DNA of 64,000 nucleotides from an uncultured virus (IMG/VR IMGVR_UViG_3300031998_000016). Taxonomy: Duplodnaviria > Heunggongvirae > Uroviricota > Caudoviricetes. A program made the translations under genes and the position numbers. Where the stretch lies: the IMG/VR virus record IMGVR_UViG_3300031998_000016. One strand, given 5' to 3'. Shown here piece after piece: positions 1 through 10,684 of this stretch. How positions within the stretch are numbered: the first letter of the stretch is position 1; every line of letters starts with the position of its first letter. The notes under the pieces are model-generated. The model did no database searches. It was not told the DNA's origin and was given only the letters and a program-made list of their open reading frames with translations.

Positions 1-1
1 A

Positions 2-27
2 GGGAGAGAGGGTAGTACCTCCCTCCC
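2..27 (-). terminator. Probable intrinsic terminator hairpin after the fibre gene
   Basis: Minus strand GGGAGGGAGG-TACTAC-CCTCTCTCCC just after TAA TGA TAA. The U-tract would lie off the window edge. Confidence 0.6.
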
Positions 28-34
28 GTTATCA

Positions 35-3000
35 TTACGATGGTAACAAATAACTACCATTTACACAAATGTGTCTATTTGCGGCGAGTGTATCTCCATA
101 ATATCTCAAAGTACCATCACTATTAAGATTTACACCGCAAGCTAATGGTGAAGCATTAGATTCATAAGCAACTATACCTGGAAGTACAATTGTTGAAGCC
201 GGTCTATATTCTGCCGCAACCGTACCAAGTAATGCGTTTGCATTACATCCACCGCTTCCTACTGTAAGAATGATTGATAATGTACCAACACTTCCTTTCT
301 TGAATACGATAGAGTTTCCAGAAAAGTTTGTAAAACCACTTGCACATGGGAACGAAACAGAAACTACTTCTTCAGTTGTTCCTCCGCCTCCGCCAATAGC
401 CTGAATGTTATTGTCGAAGATAGTGCTCTTTGGAGCTGTTGTGAATTCTTCCATGTTATCTAAAGTTACTGTGGCATTAGTAAAGGTTGTAAGTGAAACA
501 CCTTCTCGTATACCAACAAAATGTGTACCATTGTAATAAATGGATGCAATTGGAATTGGAGTACCGTCAGAGGTTTCTCTGTACCAGCCTGTTGTCTACG
601 GAATACTCCTCCAAGAATATGATGTAAAGCCCTGAGCAGAGAATTCAGCGGCAAGCGCATCAAATACTGCCTATGTATCGCCCTGGAATGAAGTGCTTGA
701 ATTTGTATAAAGGTCAAATGAAATATAATAATAACCTTTACGATATAAGTAAATACGATGTAAATACTTCGGACTTCCGCCGCCACCTGTTCCAACTGGA
801 GCACTAAATGCCTGAATTGGAGCTTCAACACCAAGAGCTTCACAGATTAAGCGGTACATAATGTAATGTCCGTCGTTATTTGGGTGAATATGGAACGGAT
901 ATGATACGCCGCCTACAGTAGTAGTTTCAGTCTGGTTGAATAATGAGTCGAAAGCGTCTGTATCGTAGTTGCAATACTTAAGTAATCCTTCATATAAGTC
1001 AAGAAGTTCAAGGTTGTTATCCTTTGCCCACTGAGCAAGAATACAGTGAACTTCGTTCATATTTGTTACGTACTTTCCGGCACCTGCTGGTCCAAGACCA
1101 TCTTCATTAACAAGAGTTTCAGCAGTACAACAAGCCGGGATAAACTTAGCACCAATAGCTCTTGCTCTGTTATACATTGTTGTATAGTCATTATAGAGAG
1201 CCGCCATTTCTGTGCTACCTCTACGGTTATTTGTACCAAACATTGCAATTACAACATTTGAATAATCTGGCATTGCTGTTTCAATGTTGTTTACGGCATC
1301 TGTTGATACCCAACCTGAAACACCAGTGTTAACAACTGATACACCGGCTAAGTATCTCTATGAAAGATAATCTGCAAGTAAAGCCGCCCATGATTTTCCC
1401 TAATCTGCTGAGTAACCATATGTAATACTGTCACCCATAAGAGTAAGGGTAATTGGGTTATTACGTGTGCCTGTTGCAAAAAGTGCTGAAAGGTCATTTG
1501 ATGGAATTGTTACACCAGTTACGCCACTTAAGTGGTCAAGTCTTGCCGCATTTTCACCGGCTGCATCGTTAGCAGTTTCGCCGCTCTTTGTCCAACTAAT
1601 TGTTGTCCAGTCAATTTCGTCATAAGCAACGCCATCGCCCGGATAGAAACGCATAACTGCTGAAGCGGCACCAGATGGAGCAGTAGAAATTACGATGTGA
1701 GTTGAACCTGAGTGTCCTTGCTCTGCACCAACATTTCCGCCGGCAGCATCCTTATACTGAACGCCAACCCATGTGTATGAGCCGCAATCGAATGTGTATA
1801 ATTCGCCTTCGTCTACAGTAGCTTCAAAGTAAACGTCATTGCCTTCACGATGAGCATACTTAGGAAGATAACGATTTACTGTACCACTACCACTTGTTCC
1901 ATCTGCACCATTTGTAACAGTGAATGTTGATGTAGTGCTGTCAGTGTATGTTATTGTGTAAGTGTCTACAAGTCCTTCTGTACCAGTCTTTAAAATGCTT
2001 ACAATACCACGTCCATTTGAACCGTTTGTTACGGCAAAAGTTGAGGTTGTATCATTTGTGTAAGTTATTGTGTATGTGTCCACAAGTCCGACTGTACCAG
2101 TCTTTGTGATAGTTGAAATACCAACACCCGCTGGGCCTGTCGCACCAGTTGCGCCATCAGCGCCATTAATAACATCAAATGTTGTTGATGTACCATTTGT
2201 AAAGTTAATTGTATATGTGTCAGTTAAGCCTGCTGAAACTGGACCAGTAATAGAAGCGATACCATTACCAGTAGCACCTGTTGCGCCGTTTGTTACAGTA
2301 AATGTTGATGTTGTACCATTTGTATAAGTAATGGTATAAGTATCAACTAAGCCAGCTGAACTTGTTTTTGTAACAGTTGAAATACCTCTACCTGGTGCTC
2401 CCGGAAGTCCATCTTCACCATTAGTGATTTGGAAAGTAGTAGGATTTAAATTATCTGTGTAGTTGATTGTGTAAGTGTCAATAAGTCCTTCTGAAACTGG
2501 ACCTGTGATACTTGCAATGCCACGACCTGTAGAACCAACAACTACACCAACATTTTGTGTTGTGCTGTTGCTTAAAGTAAGAACAAGTTCGCCATCATTG
2601 TTAATTGCCGCACTTGAAACAGACACACCATTTGCACCATCTGTACCGTTTGTTACAGTGAAAGTAGATGTTGTGTTATCGTCCATAGTGATTGTATATG
2701 TATCAACTTTTCCGGCTGTTGATGTTTTGGCAATAGTCTTAATACCGTTTCCGGCTGGACCTTGCTGACCAGTTGCACCGTCATTAACTACGAAAGTTGT
2801 TGTTGTGTTATCTGTAAATGTTATTGTATAAGTCTTTGCTAAACCAGTTGTATCTGTAAGTGTAATTGACTTAATACCTCTACCAGCCGCGCCGTCTGCA
2901 CCATTTGTAACTGTAAAAGTTGACTGTGTAGAGTCTGTGAATGTGATAGTGTAAGTATCAACTAAACCACTTGTACCAGTCTTAGCAATACCACTAATAC

Positions 3001-5893
3001 CCTTACCAGCAGCACCTGTTGCACCATTTGTTACGGTAAATGTTTCAGTGTCGCCATCTGAGTAAGTTATTGTGTATGTATCGACAAGTCCTGTTGTATC
3101 TGTCTTAGCAATTGATGTTACACCCCTACCTTCATCACCAATTACATAACCAGCATCAATTGGGCTACCTTCTGAAAGTGTGATGATTAAGTGTCCTGTA
3201 TTATCTACAGCCGCATTAGTAACGGATACACCATCGTCACCATCATTACCGTTCGCGCCATCTGCACCATCTGTGATGTCAAATGTAAGAGCAACTGTAT
3301 CGTCAGTAAGAACAACCTGATATGTACTCTTCTTACCAACTGTACCAGTCTTAGTAACTGACTTGATGCCAACGCCATCAGCACCGTTTGAACCATCATT
3401 ACCATTTGTTACGGTAAATGTCTTTGTCTGGTTATTTGATAAAAGGATTGTATAAGTATCTACTTTGCCGGCAGAACCAGTCTTTGTGATAGATGTAATA
3501 CCAACACCATCTGTACCATTCTGTCCGTTTGTTCCGTCTGCACCGTTTGTTACAGTGAAAGTAGAACTTGCGCCAGATGTATAGGTGATAGTGTAAGTAT
3601 CAACCAGACCGTTTGTACCAGTCTTAGTGATTGACGAAATACCTCTACCTGCTGGGCCTGTTGCACCCTGAGCACCGTTTGTTACAGTGAATGTTGAAGT
3701 GGTGTTATCAGTGTAAGTTATTGTGTATGTATCTTCAAGTCCGGCAGAAACTGGACCAGTAATACTTACAATACCCTTACCATCTGCACCCTTAACAGCA
3801 CCAATAAGAACTGGAGTTGCAGAGTCTGTATATGTTAAATAAAGATTTCCGTTTGAAATAGATGCCGCAGAAATACCTCTACCAGCCGGGCCTTGAATCT
3901 GACCAACGTTTTTAAATCCGTTTACTGAGCCAGCTTCTGTAGTACCTGTGTAAACCCACATATCGCCGCCAATAAGGTAAGCATCGCCTTTTGTCTGACC
4001 TGTTGATGGAAGGTCTGCAGAACTTGATAAGCTGTCGATGATATTGATTGATGTACCATCCTTACCTTGAACTTCACCGGCATCAATTGGACTACCTGAG
4101 CTAAGAGAAATAATAAGGTGTCCCTGTGCGTTTACTGTAGCTGATGTAACTGAAACACCATCAGTACCATTAGTACCGTTTGTTCCATTTACACCATTTG
4201 ATACGTTAAATGTTGATGTTGTACCATCTGTATAAGTGATAGTATATGTATCAACATTTGCGGCAGTTGATGTTTTTGCAACTGTTGTGATACCACGTCC
4301 AGCCGCACCGTTTGCACCGTCAGAACCATCTGTAACATAGAAAGCTGATGTTGTGTTGTCTGTGTAAGTAATTGTGTAAGTATGAACACCGTTTGATTCA
4401 GCAGTTTCTTCAATCTTAACAATACCTTTACCATCCGCACCATCGTTACCATTTGCGCCGTTAGCACCATTGGTTACTTGGAATGTTGTTGTAGTTCCGT
4501 CTGAGAAATTAATAGTATATGTATCAATAAGACCAGCCGAAATAGGGCCTGAGATAGATGTTATACCGCGACCTGGAGTACCCTGAATAGAACCGTTGTC
4601 CTTAAATCCATGAACTCTTCCGCCGCCAGTCTGACCATCATAAATCCAAAGATGACCATTGATAAGGTAAGTATCACCAATTTCATTGTTTTCTTCTGGT
4701 AAATCTGAAGGGTCATCGAAAGAACCTTTGATTTCAATTGACTTACCATCTTCACCTTTTGCTACACCGGCATCAATTGTTGTATTATCATCTAATGTGA
4801 TAATTAAGTGACCACTTGCATTTACAGCAGCACTCTTAACACCATTACCGTCTGCACCAGTTGCACCCGTTTGACCATCTGCACCTTTTACAACGCCGGC
4901 ATCTATTGTAGTGTTATCATCAAGAGTAAGGATTAAGTGACCGCTACCGTTAATTGTTGCGCCTTTAACACCGTTACCATCTGCGCCATTTGTGCCAGGT
5001 TCACCATTGTGAATTGAGAACTCATATGTTGTACCATCTGTATAAGTAATCTGATAAAGGTCTGTGAACTGTTCACTTGAAACTTTAGTAATAGAAGCAA
5101 TACCATTACCAGTTGCACCAGTTGAACCATCTGTGATAACTAAATCATATGTAGTATCATCACTGAATACAACCCTATAAGTCTTTTCAAGACCATCTGT
5201 TTCAATAAGACCAAATGATTTAACGCCCTTATATACGCTAATTGTACCATCTGCTGCAACACTAACATTCTGACCAACCTTTACGCCGCCAAGTGTACTA
5301 GCGGTTGCGGCTGGAAGTGTATAGAATGAAGGAGTCCAGTTAAGTACGATACCGTTATCGCCCCATGAACTTGATGCTGTAATAGCGTTCCAGCTATAAG
5401 GAGCATTTGTAAGTGAACATACCTTCCACCATAACGCTGGCTGATTTACCATTACTTCAACTTCTGCATTGCCGCTAAAAGGTAAAGCCTTTGAGTAAAG
5501 CTGACCAGTTATGATTGTATTCTGTGGTAAGTTCTTAGCAATAAGTTCGTCTGATATTTGCTTTAAAGTTTTTCCCGAAGTATTAATACCAAGAGCAGTA
5601 AATGTTGTGAAATTATACTGTGCAGATAACTTAGTATTAATATCAGCGATAACTCCGTTTAAGAGTTTAATTTCATTGCCACTCTAAACAAGAATTTCAT
5701 TACCATTAAAACCGATTAAGTCGCCAACTTCAACAGTCTGGCCGCCATCTGTTTTAGTGAGTGAGTATGTAACTTCTCCTGTTTGGGCTGTGTATTTTTC
5801 TACAGAATAAGTTGCGGTACTTCCACCGCCACCTCCTCCGCCGCCACCGCTACTAGAGCCAGTGCCGCCGAATGGGTCAAAGAAACTTCCCAT
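35..5893 (-). CDS. 1952-aa repeat-rich tail fibre/adhesin-like protein with SGNH/GDSL hydrolase domain (5 in-frame TAG=Gln)
   Basis: ORFs 5684-5893, 1400-5452, 671-1273 and 35-454 share one frame, separated only by TAG (5684, 1400, 1358, 671, 596). RBS GAGGTG before ATG 5893; ends TAA. About 26 beta-rich repeats with Gly-X-Y linkers. SGNH blocks GDSIT / NTGVSG / FGTNN / HIHPN span two TAGs. Confidence 0.85.
1890..5230 (-). repeat. Protein-level tandem repeat array in the fibre gene
   Basis: About 18 copies of GIxSIxKxxxxGLVDTYTITYTDxTTSTFTVTNG, 6 of GVxSAxVNxxGHLIITLxxxxxIDAGxVxG and 2 of SIxIxxSxxxxxDLP...GDxYLIxG. Confidence 0.9.
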
Positions 5894-5903
5894 TTAAAAC
5901 ACC

Positions 5904-6191
5904 TCACACAATATAATAAATATTACCTGAAAATCTGTTCTTAAATTTTAAAGACCAAATCTTCATACCACGCTGTCCATCATAAGGAGTAATAAATTTG
6001 CCAGTTGATGGAACTTCCATAGGTTCTTTTGAGTCATTAAGGTAGAACTTTGTTCCGCTTGCAGCTTCAAAAGCAATAAACTGAAGAGGTGTGTTGGCAA
6101 TAATACCATCGTTTGTCTTCATTGACGCTTTGATTAAAGGGACACAATTTTCGCCAGCATTTGCTGTACATTTCCACATTCTATAGTCCAT
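5904..6191 (-). CDS. Hypothetical protein, 95 aa
   Basis: RBS AGGAGG, ATG to TGA, coupled to the fibre gene. Confidence 0.75.
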   Translation of the reverse strand: MDYRMWKCTANAGENCVPLIKASMKTNDGIIANTPLQFIAFEAASGTKFYLNDSKEPMEVPSTGKFITPYDGQRGMKIWSLKFKNRFSGNIYYIV

Positions 6192-6203
6192 ATAATCGCC
6201 TCC

Positions 6204-6458
6204 TTAAATAATTTTTCCATATAATGAAAAGATACTCTGTATTCTACTCGTTTCATCAAGATTACTAAAATTTACATTTATAATCTCATTTTTTAAAAAG
6301 TTTTCTGATAAAACACCCACTAAAGTTTTACCATTAACTTTTCTGCCAGAATCCTTGTATATAAATACAGACGATGATAGCTCTCTTAAAGAGTTTACTA
6401 AATTCGCCGCATTTCTATTATTGTTGAGATTATCTGCCAATTCTAGTTTAATTTCCAT
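6204..6458 (-). CDS. HPr (PTS phosphocarrier)-like protein, 84 aa, lacking His15
   Basis: RBS GAGGTG before ATG 6458. LNNNRNAANLV...SSVFIYKDSGRKVNGKTLVGVLS aligns by eye with HPr GLHARPAA...K-VNAKSIMGVLSL. Confidence 0.6.
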   Translation of the reverse strand: MEIKLELADNLNNNRNAANLVNSLRELSSSVFIYKDSGRKVNGKTLVGVLSENFLKNEIINVNFSNLDETSRIQSIFSLYGKII

Positions 6459-6486
6459 ATTCTTCCACCTCACTATTCCTTTTTAT

Positions 6487-6515
6487 ATAATAACACAACT
6501 TACAACAAAAGTCAA
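6487..6515 (-). promoter_or_regulatory. Sigma-A-like leftward promoter
   Basis: TTGACT-17 nt-(TG)TATTAT on the minus strand upstream of the HPr-like gene. Confidence 0.6.
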
Positions 6516-6559
6516 GAGATTTGCCTTGATTAAGTTATTACTTTATTAAAGTGAAAATC

Positions 6560-6588
6560 TTTACTTTTTAAGTAAGTTGTGTTATATT
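6560..6588 (+). promoter_or_regulatory. Rightward promoter with upstream AAAGTGAAA element
   Basis: TTTACT-17-(TG)TATATT. Confidence 0.5.
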
Positions 6589-6630
6589 ATTATTAATATA
6601 TAATATAAATAGTATAAATTAGTTTAACTA

Positions 6631-6659
6631 TTTACATTTCTAAAAATTTATGCTATAAT
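6631..6659 (+). promoter_or_regulatory. Sigma-A-like promoter
   Basis: TTTACA-17-(TG)TATAAT. Confidence 0.75.
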
Positions 6660-6690
6660 AAAGAAAATAAAATAAAAAGGAGGAAGTCAG

Positions 6691-7659
6691 ATGAATTTTA
6701 GATATGATTTATCACTGACAGATAAAGTTAATTTCTTAAGAACAATGAATGATTTAAATTTTGAATATAATCATCTTGGACTTGGAAATTTGGATTATGC
6801 TGATTTGTCAATCTGTAATATCGCCGCAAAATTTGTTTCAACTTATAGAGAAATGATTTCACAAGTTGCAAAGACTAATATAGTATTAGTTTATAATACT
6901 GATGTATTTTCTTTAATAAGTTTAAAGATAATAAAGGTTGCATTAGCATATACTCGTAGCAATTATGATTTTTACCTTTATGGCGATTTTGCTACCAAAG
7001 CAGAAAGAGAATATTTTAAGAAGTATTACCCGGATATTAAGAGATTATCCAGTTTAAAGAAAATAAAGAAACTCAAAGGTAATACCATACTGATTGACAG
7101 TTTTAATCCTATTGTTAATGTAGAATCTCGTATGGATTATTCAAAGGAATTCAATGAGATATTCCAGCCGCTAAGATACCTTAGACCTTCAACTTTACAG
7201 AATATTTATAGTTTTTATTCGCCAGAAGATAAGGATTATAAAAGAATAATTGAAGGTAATTCATTACGTTTTGTAACGGATAATTTTGACGCTTTTGAAA
7301 ATTTCTATGAATTTCCGGATAAAACCACTTTTACAGTAAATCGTCCTAATGAAGATAAACCTTTTGTACATTTTGTTCTCGATGATACTGAAGCTTCATA
7401 CCCACTATTCAGTCTTATTTGGGAATCTGCTCAGGAAGGCAACATTCATATTTATACTTTCTTAGGTGATGAAAGTCAAATAGAAAACCTTAGTAAATTC
7501 CTAAAGAAATATGGATTCGATAGTAACATACCAAATCCACTTAATGTTGTACCACTTGATGATGCAATAGCAATTTTACAGATGACAGAGAGTGGCGGCA
7601 ATAGTGTTTGGTATGATGATGATTTGGATGAAGCGAGAAAGGAGTTGAGCGAAAATTAA
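6691..7659 (+). CDS. Hypothetical protein, 322 aa (possible degenerate NadE/PP-loop-like fold)
   Basis: Strong RBS AGGAGG and a long TAG-free ORF. The fold guess is weak. Confidence 0.75.
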   Translation: MNFRYDLSLTDKVNFLRTMNDLNFEYNHLGLGNLDYADLSICNIAAKFVSTYREMISQVAKTNIVLVYNTDVFSLISLKIIKVALAYTRSNYDFYLYGDFATKAEREYFKKYYPDIKRLSSLKKIKKLKGNTILIDSFNPIVNVESRMDYSKEFNEIFQPLRYLRPSTLQNIYSFYSPEDKDYKRIIEGNSLRFVTDNFDAFENFYEFPDKTTFTVNRPNEDKPFVHFVLDDTEASYPLFSLIWESAQEGNIHIYTFLGDESQIENLSKFLKKYGFDSNIPNPLNVVPLDDAIAILQMTESGGNSVWYDDDLDEARKELSEN

Positions 7660-8161
7660 AATTGTAATTGTTAATGGACATTGCGGCAATGGTAAAACTA
7701 CTTTTGAAACAATGGTTACGAAGATAGCCGAAGCAAGAGATAAGAAAGTAAAGATTCTTTCTACTATTGATTATGTAAAGATGCGTGCAAAGATTTTTGG
7801 TTGGGATGGCGGCAAGACCCCGGAAGATAGACGCTTTCTTTCTGACCTTAAGGATGCCCTTACACGTTGGAAAGATGTTCCTTATCAGGAAATGAAAGAA
7901 AAAATAAAGAGTTGTAGCGAAGACTATGACCTTATATTTATAGACTGCCGCGAACCGGAAGAAATAAAGAGATTCGTTGAAGACTTTAATGCTTTAACAA
8001 TGATTGTTCAAAGAGGGGAATATGTATCAGTTGGCAATCATGCTGATGATAATGTTGAAAATTATCAGTATGATATTGTTATTGATAATAGCAGAGGCCT
8101 TGATGAACTCATGCAAGAAGCAACAATTTTTGTAGAAACTTTTATAATGGAAGAGGAGTAA
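7655..8161 (+). CDS. Deoxynucleoside monophosphate kinase-like P-loop protein (probable ATT start)
   Basis: P-loop IVIVNGHCGNGKTT lies upstream of ATG 7712 in frame, bounded by TGA 7646. RBS AAGGAG lies 10 nt before ATT 7655. IDCREPEE motif present. Confidence 0.8.
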   Translation: MKIVIVNGHCGNGKTTFETMVTKIAEARDKKVKILSTIDYVKMRAKIFGWDGGKTPEDRRFLSDLKDALTRWKDVPYQEMKEKIKSCSEDYDLIFIDCREPEEIKRFVEDFNALTMIVQRGEYVSVGNHADDNVENYQYDIVIDNSRGLDELMQEATIFVETFIMEEE

Positions 8162-8164
8162 TTT

Positions 8165-9265
8165 ATGGAAATTTTAATTGATGGTGTAGACTTTTTCAAT
8201 CTTGACGCAATGAAGTATTACAGTTTCGCTAAGACTTTTAAGGGTAACAAGAAAGCTAAGGCAAAGGAACTTGTATTTAGTGAATATTACTACGGCAGCC
8301 GCAAAATGGATGGTATCTGGGCTATGCTCATTAAAGATGAAGATGGTAACTTCCATTTAAGAAGTAGAACAGAATCTGTAAATGGTGGCTATGCAGACAA
8401 GGCAGAATGGATTCCTCATATTTGTAAGGAGTTCGATAGCCTTCCAAATGGTACAGCTCTTATTGGTGAAATCTATTTTCCGGATAATGAAGGTAGTAGA
8501 AAGGTTACTTCTGTACTTAACTGTTTAAAGAACACTTGTCTTTCTAAACAGGAAAAGGGAGAATGGCTTCACTTCTATTTATTTGATGTTGTTGCTTTCG
8601 CCGGAAAGTCTATGATTGATTCAAGATTTATAGACAGAATTGCAATACTTAATAAGATTGCGCCAAACGAACATATCGAAATCGCCAATTACGTTAAGGG
8701 CGAGGAACTTTGGGAACTCTACCTTGATACTATTGAAAATGGCGGCGAAGGTATTGTAATCACACATATTGATAGTGCGTATTACCCAGGTAAGCGTCCA
8801 GCATGGAAGACTTTAAAGCTAAAGAAAGAACTTGAAGACACCATTGATGCTTTCTGTGACGGCGCGACAAAACCACCAACAAAACTTTACAATGGTAAGG
8901 AACTTGAAACATGGCCTTACTGGATTGATGATAGAACAGAAAAAAGATTAGAGGGTTGTCAGATTGTAGACTATACAAATGGCGCACCTATCATTCCAGT
9001 TACTAAGGGTTATTACAATGGTTGGGTATCAGCAATTTCATTCTCAGTAATGAAAGATGGTCAGCCAAAGCATATTGCATGGATTAGTAATATTCCTGAT
9101 GAAATCAAGGCAAATCCTGAAAAGTTCAAAAATAAAGTTGCCGCACTTACAGCAATGGAAATTGAACATATCGACGATGAATATTCTCTTAGACACGGCA
9201 GAATTGAAAATTGGCGTGATGACAAGAAACCAGAGGATTGTGACTTTAGTCAGATTATAAACTGA
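8165..9265 (+). CDS. lig: ATP-dependent DNA ligase
   Basis: Motifs KMDG (I), GEIY (III), FDV (IIIa), EGIV (IV), KLK (V), RxDK (VI). Confidence 0.9.
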   Translation: MEILIDGVDFFNLDAMKYYSFAKTFKGNKKAKAKELVFSEYYYGSRKMDGIWAMLIKDEDGNFHLRSRTESVNGGYADKAEWIPHICKEFDSLPNGTALIGEIYFPDNEGSRKVTSVLNCLKNTCLSKQEKGEWLHFYLFDVVAFAGKSMIDSRFIDRIAILNKIAPNEHIEIANYVKGEELWELYLDTIENGGEGIVITHIDSAYYPGKRPAWKTLKLKKELEDTIDAFCDGATKPPTKLYNGKELETWPYWIDDRTEKRLEGCQIVDYTNGAPIIPVTKGYYNGWVSAISFSVMKDGQPKHIAWISNIPDEIKANPEKFKNKVAALTAMEIEHIDDEYSLRHGRIENWRDDKKPEDCDFSQIIN

Positions 9266-9296
9266 TTGTAAACTTCTTATATATTTTCTACATTAT

Positions 9297-9323
9297 TAAG
9301 GGAGCATAGACTCCCTTATTTTT
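9297..9323 (+). terminator. Intrinsic terminator after ligase
   Basis: TAAGGGAG-CATAGA-CTCCCTTA-TTTTT. Confidence 0.7.
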
Positions 9324-9342
9324 GTATAAAGAGGTGATAAAA

Positions 9343-10158
9343 TTGTTTAATCCTAGTATAATTGTACCAATACCTCCATGTGTGCCGCCAAAGCATACAC
9401 AGATTAATCCAAGATGTTTAACTTGTAATCACTTTGAAATGTGCGGCTTTAAGGTTGATTATTTCAAAACATTATCTTTATTATAGAATTGTTTAGGTTC
9501 ACCGGCAGAAGCCTATGAACAAGTAGACAGAGTAATACTTATTCCGGGATTTGATGGTCTTCCTATAATTAATGAAGATAATTACTTACCGCAAGAAATT
9601 ACTTTCGATAATTCAGATTGGGATGGAAAACTTTTCTTATCTAAGTTTGATAGTATCAATCGTGTAAATATAGTTTATATGGTTGGTAAGTATTATATCT
9701 TACTTAAGTTTGAGTATAATGCTACTTCTGAATTATATGAACTTAAGTTCTGTAAGGAAGCGTTTTACTTAGTCGATTATGATTTAAGCCAAACTTCTCT
9801 CGAAGAAATTCAGCTTGGTTTAGTTGATTGGAGAGAATGGGCACTTAATGCACCAGCCCCAGAACCACCAAAGAGAGATGTAATTAATACAACTCATTTC
9901 TCAGCATGTCTGGACTGTGATTCATATGAATGGAATAAAGATTCTTATGAAGATGCTATTAAGAAATTCCAAAAGAAATATCCATTGGGTATTCCAATTT
10001 CCGGAGATGGTAGATTACTTTATCATATTGCGACATATCATGTTGTAGATGGAGAAGTTCCAATTCAGCCATACTTCCAGCCGGAAAAAGTAAATAATTA
10101 TATTCCACCTTGTCCGCCTCCCCCACCACCTCCACCGGTGAAGAGAGACGAACTTTAA
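9343..10158 (+). CDS. Hypothetical Pro/Cys-rich protein, 271 aa (1 TAG)
   Basis: RBS GAGGTG before TTG 9343. In frame with ORF 9679 through TAG 9484. N-terminal CxxCxHxxxC, C-terminal poly-Pro. Confidence 0.7.
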
Positions 10159-10171
10159 TGGAGGTGACATT

Positions 10172-10282
10172 ATGAAGAATAAGATAACTAAGGTAATAAT
10201 GAAGGTTATGCCAGTTATGACAGCTTTTGCTTTCTCCTATTCTATTGGCCTCTGGGATTGGATTAGAAGTTTCTTTGGGTGA
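10172..10282 (+). CDS. Small 36-aa hydrophobic/amphipathic peptide
   Basis: RBS GGAGGTG. MKNKITKVIMKVMPVMTAFAFSYSIGLWDWIRSFFG fills the gap between two genes. Confidence 0.65.
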   Translation: MKNKITKVIMKVMPVMTAFAFSYSIGLWDWIRSFFG

Positions 10283-10287
10283 TATAA

Positions 10288-10683
10288 ATGTCCAAAGGAG
10301 AAGACAAGGTTGCAAAGTTACTTTCTGAAAATGGAATTCAATTTAAAAGAGAATTTATATTTTCAGATTGTAAGAGTTTAAGGGGAAAATCACTTCGGTT
10401 TGATTTTGCAGTTTTTAAGAATGGAAAGCTGGTGTGCCTTATAGAAATAGACGGCAGGTAGCACTTCCAGTACACACCATATTTCCATAAATATAAAATT
10501 GCTTTTCAACGCCAACAAGAATGGGATAGGAGAAAAAACGCTTATTGTTTATCAAAGGGTATTCCACTTATAAGAGTGCCTGAATGGGAAATTAAGGATT
10601 TAACAATAGAGCGGCTATTTACAGACCCGTCTTTTAGGGTGACGACAAAAAATCATAATCTGTTTTTGAAGGAGAGAAAGTAA
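10288..10683 (+). CDS. PD-(D/E)XK/Vsr-like (DUF559/DUF2726-like) endonuclease, 131 aa (1 TAG)
   Basis: SKGE...LRFDF...LIEIDGR[TAG]HF...DxxKNxYC...IPLIRVP. TAG 10459 falls at the Q of the IExDGxQH motif. Confidence 0.8.
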
Positions 10684-10684
10684 A

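Noticed and set aside
2070..5130. Opposite-strand and alternate-frame ORFs over the fibre gene (2070-2327, 2475-2768, 3205-3405 and others)
   Set aside because: Shadows of the biased repeat codons, with no RBS or recognisable motifs. The same applies to short ORFs overlapping nrdD, gyrA, dnaE and the tape measure gene.
1890..5230. CRISPR array or DNA-level repeat element
   Set aside because: The repeats are degenerate at the DNA level, conserved at the protein level and lie in one ORF. There are no identical repeats with spacers.
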